Shown piece after piece: positions 49,596 through 59,047 of a DNA stretch of 64,000 bases. Origin of the DNA: Planctomycetota bacterium (GTDB taxonomy: Bacteria; Planctomycetota; JACQVV01; JASMLP01); the NCBI GenBank assembly GCA_030748635.1, contig JASMLP010000027.1:1227-65226 (forward strand), written 5' to 3'. Position numbers and translations under genes: made by a program. The first letter of the stretch is position 1, and every line of letters begins with the position of its first letter. A model generated the notes under the pieces. That model made no database searches, was not told where the DNA came from, and saw only the letters and a list, made by a program, of their open reading frames with translations.

Positions 49596-51770
49596 TTATC
49601 GCTGGAGTCCGAGTTCGTGAGCCCGTTCTTGCAGTTTCGGATTGTCGAGTTGGCGCAGGCACCGGGTGAGCCATGTGTGAAGGGTCGGTTCGCTTCGGGT
49701 AATCAGAGAGAGTTCCTGAAGTGCGGCTAGTTGGGTTTCGATACGGCGACCAGACTGGAGCAATTCCTTCAGAACCGGGATGCGATCACGAGCGTGTTGC
49801 CGACCAATCGCTTGTACCGCGGTGTGAATCAACTCCGGGGACCCGGTCGAGTCGTTGGCCAGACTTTTGAGCAGGGAGCGGACGCCGGGAAGTTCCTCCA
49901 GATTGCCGAGGGATTGGGTGGCCTGGATTCTCGAGTTCTGGGAGCCTTCGCGACACCAACGAGCGAGATGTTGAAAACTTTCCTCGCTTCGCACATTTCC
50001 CAGGGCAAGAAGAATCATGTGTCGACGGGATTCAGAAGTCGATCGGTCCTCCAGGGCACTTGCCATGGAATCGACGATACGGCGCGAACGCTCGGGAGCC
50101 CGGCCGAGTAGTTGATCTGCTGCGGAGCCAAGCGCCAGATAAGCGTGGCGAGAAATGTCGGAGTTGGAGGAACGGAGCAAGGATTGCAAAAATACGGTGG
50201 TTTCAGGATCGGGATGTTCGATCAGGCCCATTTCAGCCACAACACGGGAGCGCAAATTTTCACCTAATTCGGGATCGGAGGCCAGATCGCGAAGGATATG
50301 CTGACAAGCTGAATTTCCGTTCTCGGAAAGGGCTCCCAGGAGGACCGCCAGTCGGTTTTGGTGTTTTCCTGAGCGCAGAGACTCCCCGAGATGAAAGCTC
50401 AACTCCTCGAACTCCAAGGCGTTCAGCAGAGCCTCTCGTTGAGAAGGGTCGATCGTTTCCGACTGTTCGATCTGGCCGATGAGATCATCCAGTTCATCGA
50501 TATTCTGCGGCAGTTGTACCTCGGACTCGGGGAGAGGAGAGGGTTCGAGAAGACGGTCGTGGGCTAGTACGACCTGGGTGTGATTAGCAAATCGTTTTTG
50601 GGTGAGAGAGGGGGGGGCGGGCTGAGCGTCTGATTCCGAGAGAAATCGAGCTCGGAATTGCCGGTGGGTCTGGATGGAGAGAGACTCGTCGACGACCAGG
50701 ACGTGCTCTTCTTCTCCTTGAACGGTCGAGATATGAGAGCGAGCGGGGTCGAGTGTGAATGTGGTGTGGGAGCGGAGAAGGCGTGGTTGGTAGGAGCCGG
50801 AGGTGTGGTTGGATTTGGTCTTGATGATTCCTGGAATGGATTCGGATGTTTGGCGGTAAAGGGCTTTGTGAGCGCCGACCAAGTCGTATTCTCGGTGGGA
50901 CCATGTCGCTTTATCGGTAGGGTTTCGTACGAGTTGAAGATCGAACAGCGGTAACAGGACGAGGCTTCGTTCCATGGAGGTCCATTTGCGAGGAAAACCG
51001 AAGGCGAGAAGTTCTCCTTCGTGGGTGATGCGAACGGCAATTTCTTCCGAACGGATACTTTGAAGCAGGGAGTCGGGTCCGGCTTCCTGGTTCGGATTAG
51101 GTGGCGATATCGAGAACTTCTTCGGAGAGATCGTGACCGCAAGAAGGCGGAATTTTCCGGTTTGGGCGAGGGTTTCCTGCCGAATATTTGCGGTAAAGAG
51201 CATGCTTGTCGATCCCCCCTCGGAATCTGACTGTTTGGTTCGACTCTCGTACTGATAGGTGAATACACGTTTGGATTCCGCGGTTTTTTCGGTTGGAACG
51301 GGAAGAGAAGTTGGGGAATCCGGAGTGGGAGAGGGGATTTCAATGGGTTGGGAAGTGGTGGGAGGGGGGGTGTGAGTTTGTTGGGGGACCCGGAGCGGTT
51401 GAGTCCGATTTCGCCAACCGATGGAAAACAGGGCAAAAGATATGCAGAGGAGGCAGACAATCGCCAGAAGGGCGGTACGGATGGGGTGAGGAGGTGGCTC
51501 CGTCGAAGAAAGCTTCGGATCGAGTCGAGGACTGGAATCTGGCGTGGAGGCACGAGCCGTCAGGAGGCGGTCTTTGGCGCGGTCGCGAAGTTCCTGAAGA
51601 ACTTCAGGACCGGAGCCTGTCATTTCGCAGATCGCTTCTGCGAGGTCGCACTGACGCCCTTCTGACTGCCAGCGAATGTAGAGCGCTTCGGCCTCAGCAA
51701 TCTGAGGGGGGCTGATCAGGGAGCGCTCCAGTGCCGCTTGAGCTTGTTCCCTGTAGAGAGGGTTGTCCAT
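49596..51770 (-). CDS. Membrane-anchored HEAT-repeat protein
   Basis: TM ALLAIVCLLCISFALFSIGW. C-terminal HEAT-like repeats (LALGNVRSEESFQHLARW, ATQSLGNLEELP). Confidence 0.5.
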   Translation of the reverse strand: MDNPLYREQAQAALERSLISPPQIAEAEALYIRWQSEGRQCDLAEAICEMTGSGPEVLQELRDRAKDRLLTARASTPDSSPRLDPKLSSTEPPPHPIRTALLAIVCLLCISFALFSIGWRNRTQPLRVPQQTHTPPPTTSQPIEIPSPTPDSPTSLPVPTEKTAESKRVFTYQYESRTKQSDSEGGSTSMLFTANIRQETLAQTGKFRLLAVTISPKKFSISPPNPNQEAGPDSLLQSIRSEEIAVRITHEGELLAFGFPRKWTSMERSLVLLPLFDLQLVRNPTDKATWSHREYDLVGAHKALYRQTSESIPGIIKTKSNHTSGSYQPRLLRSHTTFTLDPARSHISTVQGEEEHVLVVDESLSIQTHRQFRARFLSESDAQPAPPSLTQKRFANHTQVVLAHDRLLEPSPLPESEVQLPQNIDELDDLIGQIEQSETIDPSQREALLNALEFEELSFHLGESLRSGKHQNRLAVLLGALSENGNSACQHILRDLASDPELGENLRSRVVAEMGLIEHPDPETTVFLQSLLRSSNSDISRHAYLALGSAADQLLGRAPERSRRIVDSMASALEDRSTSESRRHMILLALGNVRSEESFQHLARWCREGSQNSRIQATQSLGNLEELPGVRSLLKSLANDSTGSPELIHTAVQAIGRQHARDRIPVLKELLQSGRRIETQLAALQELSLITRSEPTLHTWLTRCLRQLDNPKLQERAHELGLQR

Positions 51771-51776
51771 GGAATT

Positions 51777-53414
51777 TCAAGATCCCGGAAGTGGAGCGTT
51801 TTTCCAGTCGTCGATAAATACGTTGCAATAGTCGGTGCGGATTCCACAGGTACCCCAGGAAAAAGTGTCATCCTCGGATTCCAGGACCAATTTGCCGTTG
51901 ATATATAGTTTTTGGCTATTGCCACACACTTCAAATCGGAGGGTATACCAGGTGCGGGTGGACATCGGAGCGTAGGTGCCCTGAGCCAGAGTGGTGTATT
52001 TCTTGCAATGTTTTTTCTTGATGGAAATGTTGCCATCTTTCCGAAGGGAGGCGACATAGAGATCGTATTCGGTTTGGTATCGGGCGAAGAGATGAACGCC
52101 GGTAAAAAAGGGCGTATCACCCGAATGGAAGGTACGTACGTTGAATCGCGCCTCGTTGACCTGATTCGTCCATCGAACGAGTTTTGTGCCTGAGAGTGGA
52201 CGGGCAAGAACCCGGAAATTGTGGGTGGTTGTCCAGCCCCGAATCCAGCTCTGAATTTTTTTGGCTTCCAGGCGTCCAGACGTGACTTCCAGGTGGGATC
52301 GTTTGGATCTATTCGAAGCGGATTCGACCAGTTGACCGTCGCGATAGGAGTTGAAGTTTTCACCCGGCCATCCATAGGTCCCGGTGTCCCCTTTGGCGTA
52401 CGAGTTGTTGTTTCCGGGATAGGCGTCGTACGCATCGCTGTAGGTCGATTCACAGGCGCCGTCACCGGTTCCTACGGGATGGGTCGGGACTGGAGTTGTC
52501 GGGGAAGGGGGCGCAAGTCGTACCTCGAATTCGTCCATCACCCGGTTTTCATCTTTTCCCGTCTGGCTGGTGCTCGATCGCGGTCGGGACCAGAACCAGC
52601 GGCGCCGTGAAATGGAATAGCGAGCAGAGCGTCGGGAGGTTTGAATCCTCGCGCGGGATAGGTGGCGGGTGAATCGTCCCTGGGCCTTCTGATGGTTGAT
52701 TTCGCCTCCAAAGGTGGAGCGGATCGGACCGTATCGTGTGGAACGAGTTGTCTGGTAAATGGATCGGCCCAATTGTCGAGTGGTCTGGCGAGTGGTGGTG
52801 GCGAAGAATCCCGCTCCGGGCGGTGGGGTCGAGGCGGAAGAGCCCTGGATCCGTGGTTGAACCATGTCGCGTTCTACACGGGGAAGCCTCGGAGAAAGGA
52901 CTACGCGGTCGCTCCAGAAACTTTCAGCCTGGACGGAAACGCGTATTCGGGTAGGAACACCGCCGGCAAAAGACCAGTAGGATTTGGACTCCAACGATCG
53001 GTGAATCCGGGATGTGGGAGACCCGATGGACCAACCGCTAGAGGGGGTAAAGGAGAGAACTCGGCGACCGCGAACCTTGAGGTAGGCATCTCCTCCCGTA
53101 CTTCCTGATGTGGAGGCGCTGGAACGGATCGAAATCTCCATTCCCGGTAGTATTTGTCCTCTGAGTCGGGTCTTGAGCTCTATACGGGTTTCGATCTGGG
53201 CTCTGCGGGCGCCCGAAGCTTCCCGATCGTTGGAGAGGATTCCCGAGCCTTGAAATCGAAAGCCGAGATCCGAGTCGCCGATTTGGGTATCCCAACCGTT
53301 CAGGGAGTGAGAGTCAGCCCTGGCGAAGGGGGAACTGACCAGCGTCAACAGCGTAAGGCAGAAAAAACTTGCAGGATTCCAACGAGTTCGTGCGTGAGAA
53401 GACCGTTTGTTCAT
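51777..53414 (-). CDS. Secreted hypothetical protein with a C-terminal jelly-roll (DUF1080/LamG-like) domain
   Basis: Signal peptide FFCLTLLTLVSSPFARA. Ser/Arg/Thr-rich N-terminal half. C-terminal YTLRFEVCGNSQKLYINGKLVLE..GTCGIRTDYCNVFIDDWKN resembles the DUF1080 terminus. Tentative. Confidence 0.45.
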   Translation of the reverse strand: MNKRSSHARTRWNPASFFCLTLLTLVSSPFARADSHSLNGWDTQIGDSDLGFRFQGSGILSNDREASGARRAQIETRIELKTRLRGQILPGMEISIRSSASTSGSTGGDAYLKVRGRRVLSFTPSSGWSIGSPTSRIHRSLESKSYWSFAGGVPTRIRVSVQAESFWSDRVVLSPRLPRVERDMVQPRIQGSSASTPPPGAGFFATTTRQTTRQLGRSIYQTTRSTRYGPIRSTFGGEINHQKAQGRFTRHLSRARIQTSRRSARYSISRRRWFWSRPRSSTSQTGKDENRVMDEFEVRLAPPSPTTPVPTHPVGTGDGACESTYSDAYDAYPGNNNSYAKGDTGTYGWPGENFNSYRDGQLVESASNRSKRSHLEVTSGRLEAKKIQSWIRGWTTTHNFRVLARPLSGTKLVRWTNQVNEARFNVRTFHSGDTPFFTGVHLFARYQTEYDLYVASLRKDGNISIKKKHCKKYTTLAQGTYAPMSTRTWYTLRFEVCGNSQKLYINGKLVLESEDDTFSWGTCGIRTDYCNVFIDDWKNAPLPGS

Positions 53415-53533
53415 AAGGATACTCCCCTCTTCTGGCCAGGGTACGGTTCCAGCGGGTGGTGCGCAAGAGAGCCTTCCTGCCCGAGAAACGATGAGTATGA
53501 TGAATCCATCATGGTGATATTCGAGATGAGCGG

Positions 53534-54178
53534 ATGAAAAGTGGGGTACGGGTCGCTGTTGTCGATTATGGAATGGGAAACCTTCTCAGTGTGAGGCACG
53601 CACTCCAGCGGATGGGAAAAGAGGTTCGAATCGTCTCGGACCCGGGGGAGCTTTTGGATGCGGACTCGCTCGTCTTGCCCGGAGTGGGGGCGTTTCGAGA
53701 TGCTATGGGGGAGTTGACGGCTAGGGAATTGGTTCAACCGATACGGGACTATGTGAGTTCCGGCCGCCCATTTCTCGGCATCTGTCTGGGGTTGCAACTG
53801 TTGTTCGAGCAAGGTGAGGAGGGGGGGCAGTCTGTTGAAGGGTTAGGAATTCTCGAAGGGGATGTGGTGAGAATCGAAGTCCGAAAGGACGTGGATGGTC
53901 GTCGTTTGAAAATCCCCCATATGGGCTGGAATCAGGTGCGATTCCGTGATTCCGGTCGTGAAAAGTTTCATGGGATACCGGACGAGAGTCATTTCTATTT
54001 TGTACATTCGTACCGAATCCGTCCGAAGGATGAATCGGTGGTTGCGGCAACCGTCTGCTACGGAACGGAATTTCCGGTCGCGGTAAGCCGCGAGAATCTT
54101 TTTGCGGTGCAATTCCACCCGGAAAAGAGTCAGGAATTCGGTCGGCGTCTGCTCGAAAACGTTCTGAGCACCGACTGA
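53534..54178 (+). CDS. hisH: Imidazole glycerol phosphate synthase glutaminase subunit HisH-like (class I GATase). An orphan, with no hisF adjacent.
   Basis: RVAVVDYGMGNLLSVRHAL, LVLPGVGAF, GICLGLQLLF (catalytic Cys), HMGWNQV, FVHSY (His). Confidence 0.8.
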   Translation: MKSGVRVAVVDYGMGNLLSVRHALQRMGKEVRIVSDPGELLDADSLVLPGVGAFRDAMGELTARELVQPIRDYVSSGRPFLGICLGLQLLFEQGEEGGQSVEGLGILEGDVVRIEVRKDVDGRRLKIPHMGWNQVRFRDSGREKFHGIPDESHFYFVHSYRIRPKDESVVAATVCYGTEFPVAVSRENLFAVQFHPEKSQEFGRRLLENVLSTD

Positions 54179-54208
54179 AGACAAACATCGCGGCGGCGGT
54201 GACCGACT

Positions 54209-55201
54209 TTACTCTGGGGTTTCGGAGTGACGATCCGAACGCTCGAATTTCTTCACATATACTTTGGTGAACCAGGTAAAGAAGACCAGAGCAAAGAGAA
54301 GGCCAACGGTTATCAACTGAACTTCAGTGCGAGCAAAGAGAGGTCGCTTCTGGAGAGAGCGTCGTTGATCGCTGGAATGGCTTCTGCGAACACGAGAAGG
54401 GTGAGAGGGCGAGGATTGCCTGGAGCGAGACTTCGTCTCGGCGGGAGCGGGCTTGGGCGGTTCATCCGCCGGTCGGAGGACGGTAGGTGCTCCTTCGTCG
54501 AATGTAGGGGCGGGAGAATCGAGAAAAGTCGCATAAGGCAGGACCTTGGGGTCTGGGGGGGAATCGGAGTCGAGGGGGAGTTCGGCGGACGATTCGACCG
54601 GGTGATGGATGGGAACCAGGACCGGCGCCTGGCACTGGGAGCAGAGGGGGTTGGGCAGGTCGACCGGATTTTCACAAGGACAGAAAATCTCACGGATACG
54701 AGGGTCGCCGGGGAGAGGACTCTTATGTCGTTCCCAGCAACGGGGACATTCGTGGTCCTTTTGGCCCGGACGAGCGGATATCCGGATTCGCTGGCCACAA
54801 TCGCAGCGGAATTTGATTCGAACCGCATCGGCGAGACGGAGATCGGGGGGAATGGGGGTCGTTCCGGGAGATCCCTGAGTCGATTGGATTGCCGGGCTCG
54901 GTTCGCGGTTGGGCTCTTCGGTCACCTCACCTGAGTTCGGCTCGCCTGCCTCCATGGGCGTGGCGCAGGCTTGGCAAGTCGATGTCCTTGGGGGAGAAGA
55001 GGTTCCGCAGAGACAGATCCACTCGACCACGCATGCATCCAGCGGGTCTGGGAAATTCTGATTGGTGGAACAGTGCGGGCAGTCGAAGGCGGTCCCAGCT
55101 TGGGACGTATTAGCGCGTACTTTGGCCCGGCATTCCTTGCATCGGAACTTGAGTTTCACTTCCCCATTGTCCCAGAACCGAGGAGGGTGCGCTATCTGCA
55201 A
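54209..55201 (-). CDS. Multi-zinc-ribbon protein (four CxxC..CxxC modules) with Pro-rich linker and C-terminal TM anchor
   Basis: FRCKECRAK..CPHC; CLCG..CQAC; FRCDCGQ..CPRC; CPCE..CSQC. C-terminal TM LITVGLLFALVFFTWF. The annotated 5' end overlaps the nuclease gene by 92 nt, so the true start is probably internal. Confidence 0.5.
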   Translation of the reverse strand: MQIAHPPRFWDNGEVKLKFRCKECRAKVRANTSQAGTAFDCPHCSTNQNFPDPLDACVVEWICLCGTSSPPRTSTCQACATPMEAGEPNSGEVTEEPNREPSPAIQSTQGSPGTTPIPPDLRLADAVRIKFRCDCGQRIRISARPGQKDHECPRCWERHKSPLPGDPRIREIFCPCENPVDLPNPLCSQCQAPVLVPIHHPVESSAELPLDSDSPPDPKVLPYATFLDSPAPTFDEGAPTVLRPADEPPKPAPAETKSRSRQSSPSHPSRVRRSHSSDQRRSLQKRPLFARTEVQLITVGLLFALVFFTWFTKVYVKKFERSDRHSETPE

Positions 55202-55862
55202 GTGACCAGATTCCTAAACCTTGCACCCGGGCGTTATGTTCCAGGCTCAGGAAACGCTGACGGTAACGGGTGTTGGGAGGATAGAACCGGGCCCGAGCGT
55301 GACCTAGGCGTAGCAATTCCTCGTTGACGCAGATCAGTTTTCCGTCCTGAACCGTGTAAACATAGGCCAGGAGACGGCGATAGCGGTCGAATTGTTCGAG
55401 ATCCAGCTCGAGAAAGACGGTTCCCGACGTGAGAAGTTTTCGGTTCAAGCTGGCGGCTTCTTTGCCGTAGGGCTCGACCGGACGGTTTGGATGGACGGTT
55501 TCAGGGGTGTCGACTCCGATATAGCGAACCGAGATGGTACGACCCCGGTACGGGATCTTGATGGTATCGCCATCGACCACGCGAATCACATTGCAGAGAA
55601 GAATGCCCATCGATTTGCTGATCGATTGGACCCGCTTCCAGGGATGAAGGTGGAAGTCGAGGATTCCGCTAATCCCGAGGTTGGTTGGAGCGCCCGCGGG
55701 GGACAAGCTCGAACATTTCGCAAGATCCGGAAGAACTTGCGGTCCTCGGTTGAGATGATTGAGGGGTTGGTCGTCAGCGAGTGTTGAGATCCCGGGAGCC
55801 GTGAGGCTAAGAACCAGGATGATCGCCGCCATGGATGTATACGTTTTCATTAGATGGATCAA
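55110..55862 (-). CDS. Secreted thermonuclease (staphylococcal nuclease/SNase fold)
   Basis: Signal peptide MKTYTSMAAIILVLSLTAPGIS. VIRVVDGDTIKI..RYIGVDTPET..PYGKEA..RLLAYVY. SNase catalytic motifs. Confidence 0.85.
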   Translation of the reverse strand: MIHLMKTYTSMAAIILVLSLTAPGISTLADDQPLNHLNRGPQVLPDLAKCSSLSPAGAPTNLGISGILDFHLHPWKRVQSISKSMGILLCNVIRVVDGDTIKIPYRGRTISVRYIGVDTPETVHPNRPVEPYGKEAASLNRKLLTSGTVFLELDLEQFDRYRRLLAYVYTVQDGKLICVNEELLRLGHARARFYPPNTRYRQRFLSLEHNARVQGLGIWSLADSAPSSVLGQWGSETQVPMQGMPGQSTR

Positions 55863-56354
55863 ACCTCTTTGACCATAGTTCGCAAGAGTTTAGCACTGAA
55901 AACGGCCTCAGTCAAAACGGTTGTGGAAAATCTGGCTATTCGTAATTGAATGATTGTGGAAAGGTTGTTGGAAGATTGGGGAATCTCATATTTTGGAGTC
56001 GGAAGCTGTTTCCGCCCAGATTCAAAGGCGGATGGATCATCGGGTGATCAATTCTGGATTTTTTCGGAGCGAGACTCCGCTCGATCGGGTCGCCCCTTGT
56101 TCATCGGGCTGTGGGATGTTCGTTTTCGCCCGTTTTTCGGGTTGTGAGGTACCTGCTCCGAATGGTCGGCCCTCTGGGTTGGCCCTAAGTGACTGTAAGT
56201 AAAAGGGATAAGGTGAGTGCGTCGGTTCGGTGTCCAACGGGTCCGGTGTTTGCTCGTCCGGATTCGAAGAGTGATCCCTACGGTGTTGGCAGCGTTCGAC
56301 GATTGCGGCGGTTGCTCTGGGATTTCTGTTCATTTTTACTGGAGCGATTCGTTC

Positions 56355-57122
56355 ATGAAGTTATTTTGGGTAGGATTGATAGCAGTACTGTCTGTATCGG
56401 GAATCGGTTATGTCTTTTTGGATTCAGCGGGTGCGGATCCAGATCACGAGATCGGAAAAAAAAGAAATTTTGGCGGGAAAACCGGGAAGGATCGTGAGGA
56501 ACGGATGAGGGTTCAGCCTGAATTCGTGTTGCGGGGAATGGGCCTCGATCGTCTGATCGAACACCTTTTTCGGGGTGAAATCGTGGCTGATCCCCATTTC
56601 ATCGGCTCGTTGCGAGAACTCCCCGAAGAAGATAAAGGCGCCCTTTTTCGGGCTGTCTACGACGAACTGATCTCCGCATTGGCCCAGCATCGCGGTCGAA
56701 CTTTCACCTCGTATCAGGATGCTGTTACAGCGTTTGGACCGCTGGTCCGTCATGTCAAACGGACGATTTCGAACGATCCGGGCAGCTATTTGAGGCAGGT
56801 CGGCGCGTTGAGGTTTTCCCAGAAGGATCGGGAGGAGTTCGTCGAAGTTTTTCTGGACGCATTTACCGATGAACGGGATACCGCTCAGGCTGTCGAGTCC
56901 CTGGAGGTTCAAGAAGTTCAAAAGTTGTATCGTGAATTGGCTCGGCAGGCGGATTCAGATCTCCTGTTGCTGGTAGGGCGTTCGTTTTCTTCGGTGAAGG
57001 AGAAGCAGTGGGTCGCTCGTCGGATACTGGAAGCCTTGCGTCATGAAGTGACTCGTCACCCGCGTTCCTGGTTGCTTGAACGTGATACGACCGCAAGTCC
57101 CGGTTTGCCGGATGAGGATTGA
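56355..57122 (+). CDS. Hypothetical protein with an N-terminal TM/signal anchor
   Basis: MKLFWVGLIAVLSVSGIGYVFL, then a soluble alpha-helical domain (ORF track start 56217). No family recognised. Confidence 0.45.
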   Translation: MKLFWVGLIAVLSVSGIGYVFLDSAGADPDHEIGKKRNFGGKTGKDREERMRVQPEFVLRGMGLDRLIEHLFRGEIVADPHFIGSLRELPEEDKGALFRAVYDELISALAQHRGRTFTSYQDAVTAFGPLVRHVKRTISNDPGSYLRQVGALRFSQKDREEFVEVFLDAFTDERDTAQAVESLEVQEVQKLYRELARQADSDLLLLVGRSFSSVKEKQWVARRILEALRHEVTRHPRSWLLERDTTASPGLPDED

Positions 57123-57163
57123 TCCTCGAGGCGGTCCCGGTATGATCCGGGCGTTTCCATCTC

Positions 57164-59026
57164 ATGAATGCAACATCCCAAACCCCACTGAACCATCCTG
57201 AAGCAGAGTCGGAATCTCGAACCGGTTCAGGCGACTTGGATCCTTCACTCGATATTCTCGGGTGGGTCCGAATCTGCTGGCGGGAATTCCCCTGGAGATT
57301 TCCCGGATCGTTTTTCGTGGTCCTTGGTGGAATCTTTCTCGAAGGGGTGGGGATCAGTCTCTTTTTGCCTCTTCTCTCCTTGTTGGAAGAATCCGAAGCG
57401 GGGTCAAGGGGGCGGTTCGAGGAGTGGATTGCCGATCTGGCCCGGAGTGTTTCGATCCCTTTGACTCTCGAGGTTTTGCTGAGTGTGATCGCTTTGCTTT
57501 TTCTCGTGAAATCGAGTTGTCTCTTCGCTTCACGGTGGTTGGCATCATCGATGAGCGCCGAATACCGACGGAGGTGGCTCGAGAGGCTCTACGATTCCAC
57601 GTTACGAGCGCGGGTGGACTTTGCCAAGCAAGAGCGGACGGGCTCTCTCGTGGGAGTGATGACAGAAGAACTCGAGTTGATGGCTCATGCTGTGGTTTCG
57701 GTTCTGCTTCTGTCGGGATATCTGTTCACGATCGTGATTTACACCGTCATTTCGGTACTGATCGACTGGAGGATCTCTCTTTCGATCGTCACCTTGGGAT
57801 CGATCGGGTATCTGGGGATTCGAGGAGTTTTACAGAAGGGCAGGAGAATCGCTCACAGTCAACAGAAGTGTAGAGCGTCGATTCATTCCAAGATCGTGGA
57901 GACGATTCACGCTCTTCCTCTGATTAAGAGCATGGCCTGTGAACCCTTATTTCTCCGTCGAGTTCAAGAGGACGCTCGGGAAATGCGCGACCATGAAGTT
58001 CGGCTGGGATTTCAGGAATCTCTTCTGTGGAATGTGGGTGAGCCGGCGATCCTTCTTATGCTTTGTCTGGCTATTTACGTGGGAGTGACCTGGTTTCATA
58101 TGCCTCTTACGGTTTTTCTGTTGCTGGCTGGTTTGCTCTACCGTATCTATTCGCGAGTTAGCATGATTCCGCCTCTTTTGCACGATCTGAACGGTCGACT
58201 TCCTTCAGTGGAAACCGTGCAGAGAGCGTATGCCCGGTCTTGCGCGGCTCAAGAGTCTGTCGGGGGGACTCGTTCCCTTGGACGCTTTGAAATGCTTCGC
58301 CTCCAGGGACTTCACCTGGATCATGGTGATACCGCTATTTTGCGAGGAATAGATCTCGAGGTCGAGAAGGGACAGTTCCTGGCGTTGGTGGGGGTTTCCG
58401 GAGGAGGTAAAACCACACTTCTCGAGGTTCTGGGAGGGCTGTGGAGCGGATATCGGGGGACGTACCTGGTAAACGGATCGATCCCTTTCGCGGAACTGGA
58501 TCGTGTGTCCTGGAAGAGGCGGGTCGGATACGTCAGTCAGGAGACTCAACTTTTTCATGGAACCATCGAGGAAAATATCGCTTTCTTCGAACCTCCTGAT
58601 TCTTCGCAAGTTCGGAAAGCTCTGGATCAGGCTTGCGCGCTCGAGTTCGTAGAAGCTTTGCCGGATGGGATTTCATCGAAAGTGGTCGATCGCGGGGCTA
58701 GCTTTTCTGGAGGGGAAAGACAACGACTTGCCTTGGCTCGTGCACTGTATCGACAACCTGAAATTTTGATTCTGGATGAGGCCACCAGCGAACTGGATGT
58801 CGATTCCGAGCAGTTGATTCAGGACCTTCTGAAAACGCTACATGGCAAGGTGACGATCCTCGCCGCAGCCCATCGGCTCTCGACGGTGAGGGAGGCTGAC
58901 CGAATTCTGGTGATCGAATCCGGTAAAGTGATCGAGGAGGGCGATTTCGAGGGCCTGGTGAAACGTGATGGAACCTTTTCTCGAATGGTCCGTCGTTCGG
59001 AAAAGGGAATCAGCCTGAGTTCTTAG
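57164..59026 (+). CDS. ABC exporter, fused permease/ATPase (type I exporter, MsbA-like)
   Basis: Six TM segments then NBD. Walker A GVSGGGKTT, signature LSGGERQRLALARAL, Walker B ILILDEATSELD. Confidence 0.88.
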   Translation: MNATSQTPLNHPEAESESRTGSGDLDPSLDILGWVRICWREFPWRFPGSFFVVLGGIFLEGVGISLFLPLLSLLEESEAGSRGRFEEWIADLARSVSIPLTLEVLLSVIALLFLVKSSCLFASRWLASSMSAEYRRRWLERLYDSTLRARVDFAKQERTGSLVGVMTEELELMAHAVVSVLLLSGYLFTIVIYTVISVLIDWRISLSIVTLGSIGYLGIRGVLQKGRRIAHSQQKCRASIHSKIVETIHALPLIKSMACEPLFLRRVQEDAREMRDHEVRLGFQESLLWNVGEPAILLMLCLAIYVGVTWFHMPLTVFLLLAGLLYRIYSRVSMIPPLLHDLNGRLPSVETVQRAYARSCAAQESVGGTRSLGRFEMLRLQGLHLDHGDTAILRGIDLEVEKGQFLALVGVSGGGKTTLLEVLGGLWSGYRGTYLVNGSIPFAELDRVSWKRRVGYVSQETQLFHGTIEENIAFFEPPDSSQVRKALDQACALEFVEALPDGISSKVVDRGASFSGGERQRLALARALYRQPEILILDEATSELDVDSEQLIQDLLKTLHGKVTILAAAHRLSTVREADRILVIESGKVIEEGDFEGLVKRDGTFSRMVRRSEKGISLSS

Positions 59027-59047
59027 GGCGAATTTGGGACGAGCGCT

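Noticed and set aside
50564-51553. 329-aa Pro-rich ORF on the same strand as the HEAT-repeat gene but in another frame. A similar case lies at 51716-52465 inside the jelly-roll protein gene.
   Set aside because: These are off-frame ORFs inside longer ORFs with coherent domain structure. The composition (poly-Pro/Ser) is typical of GC-rich frame artefacts.
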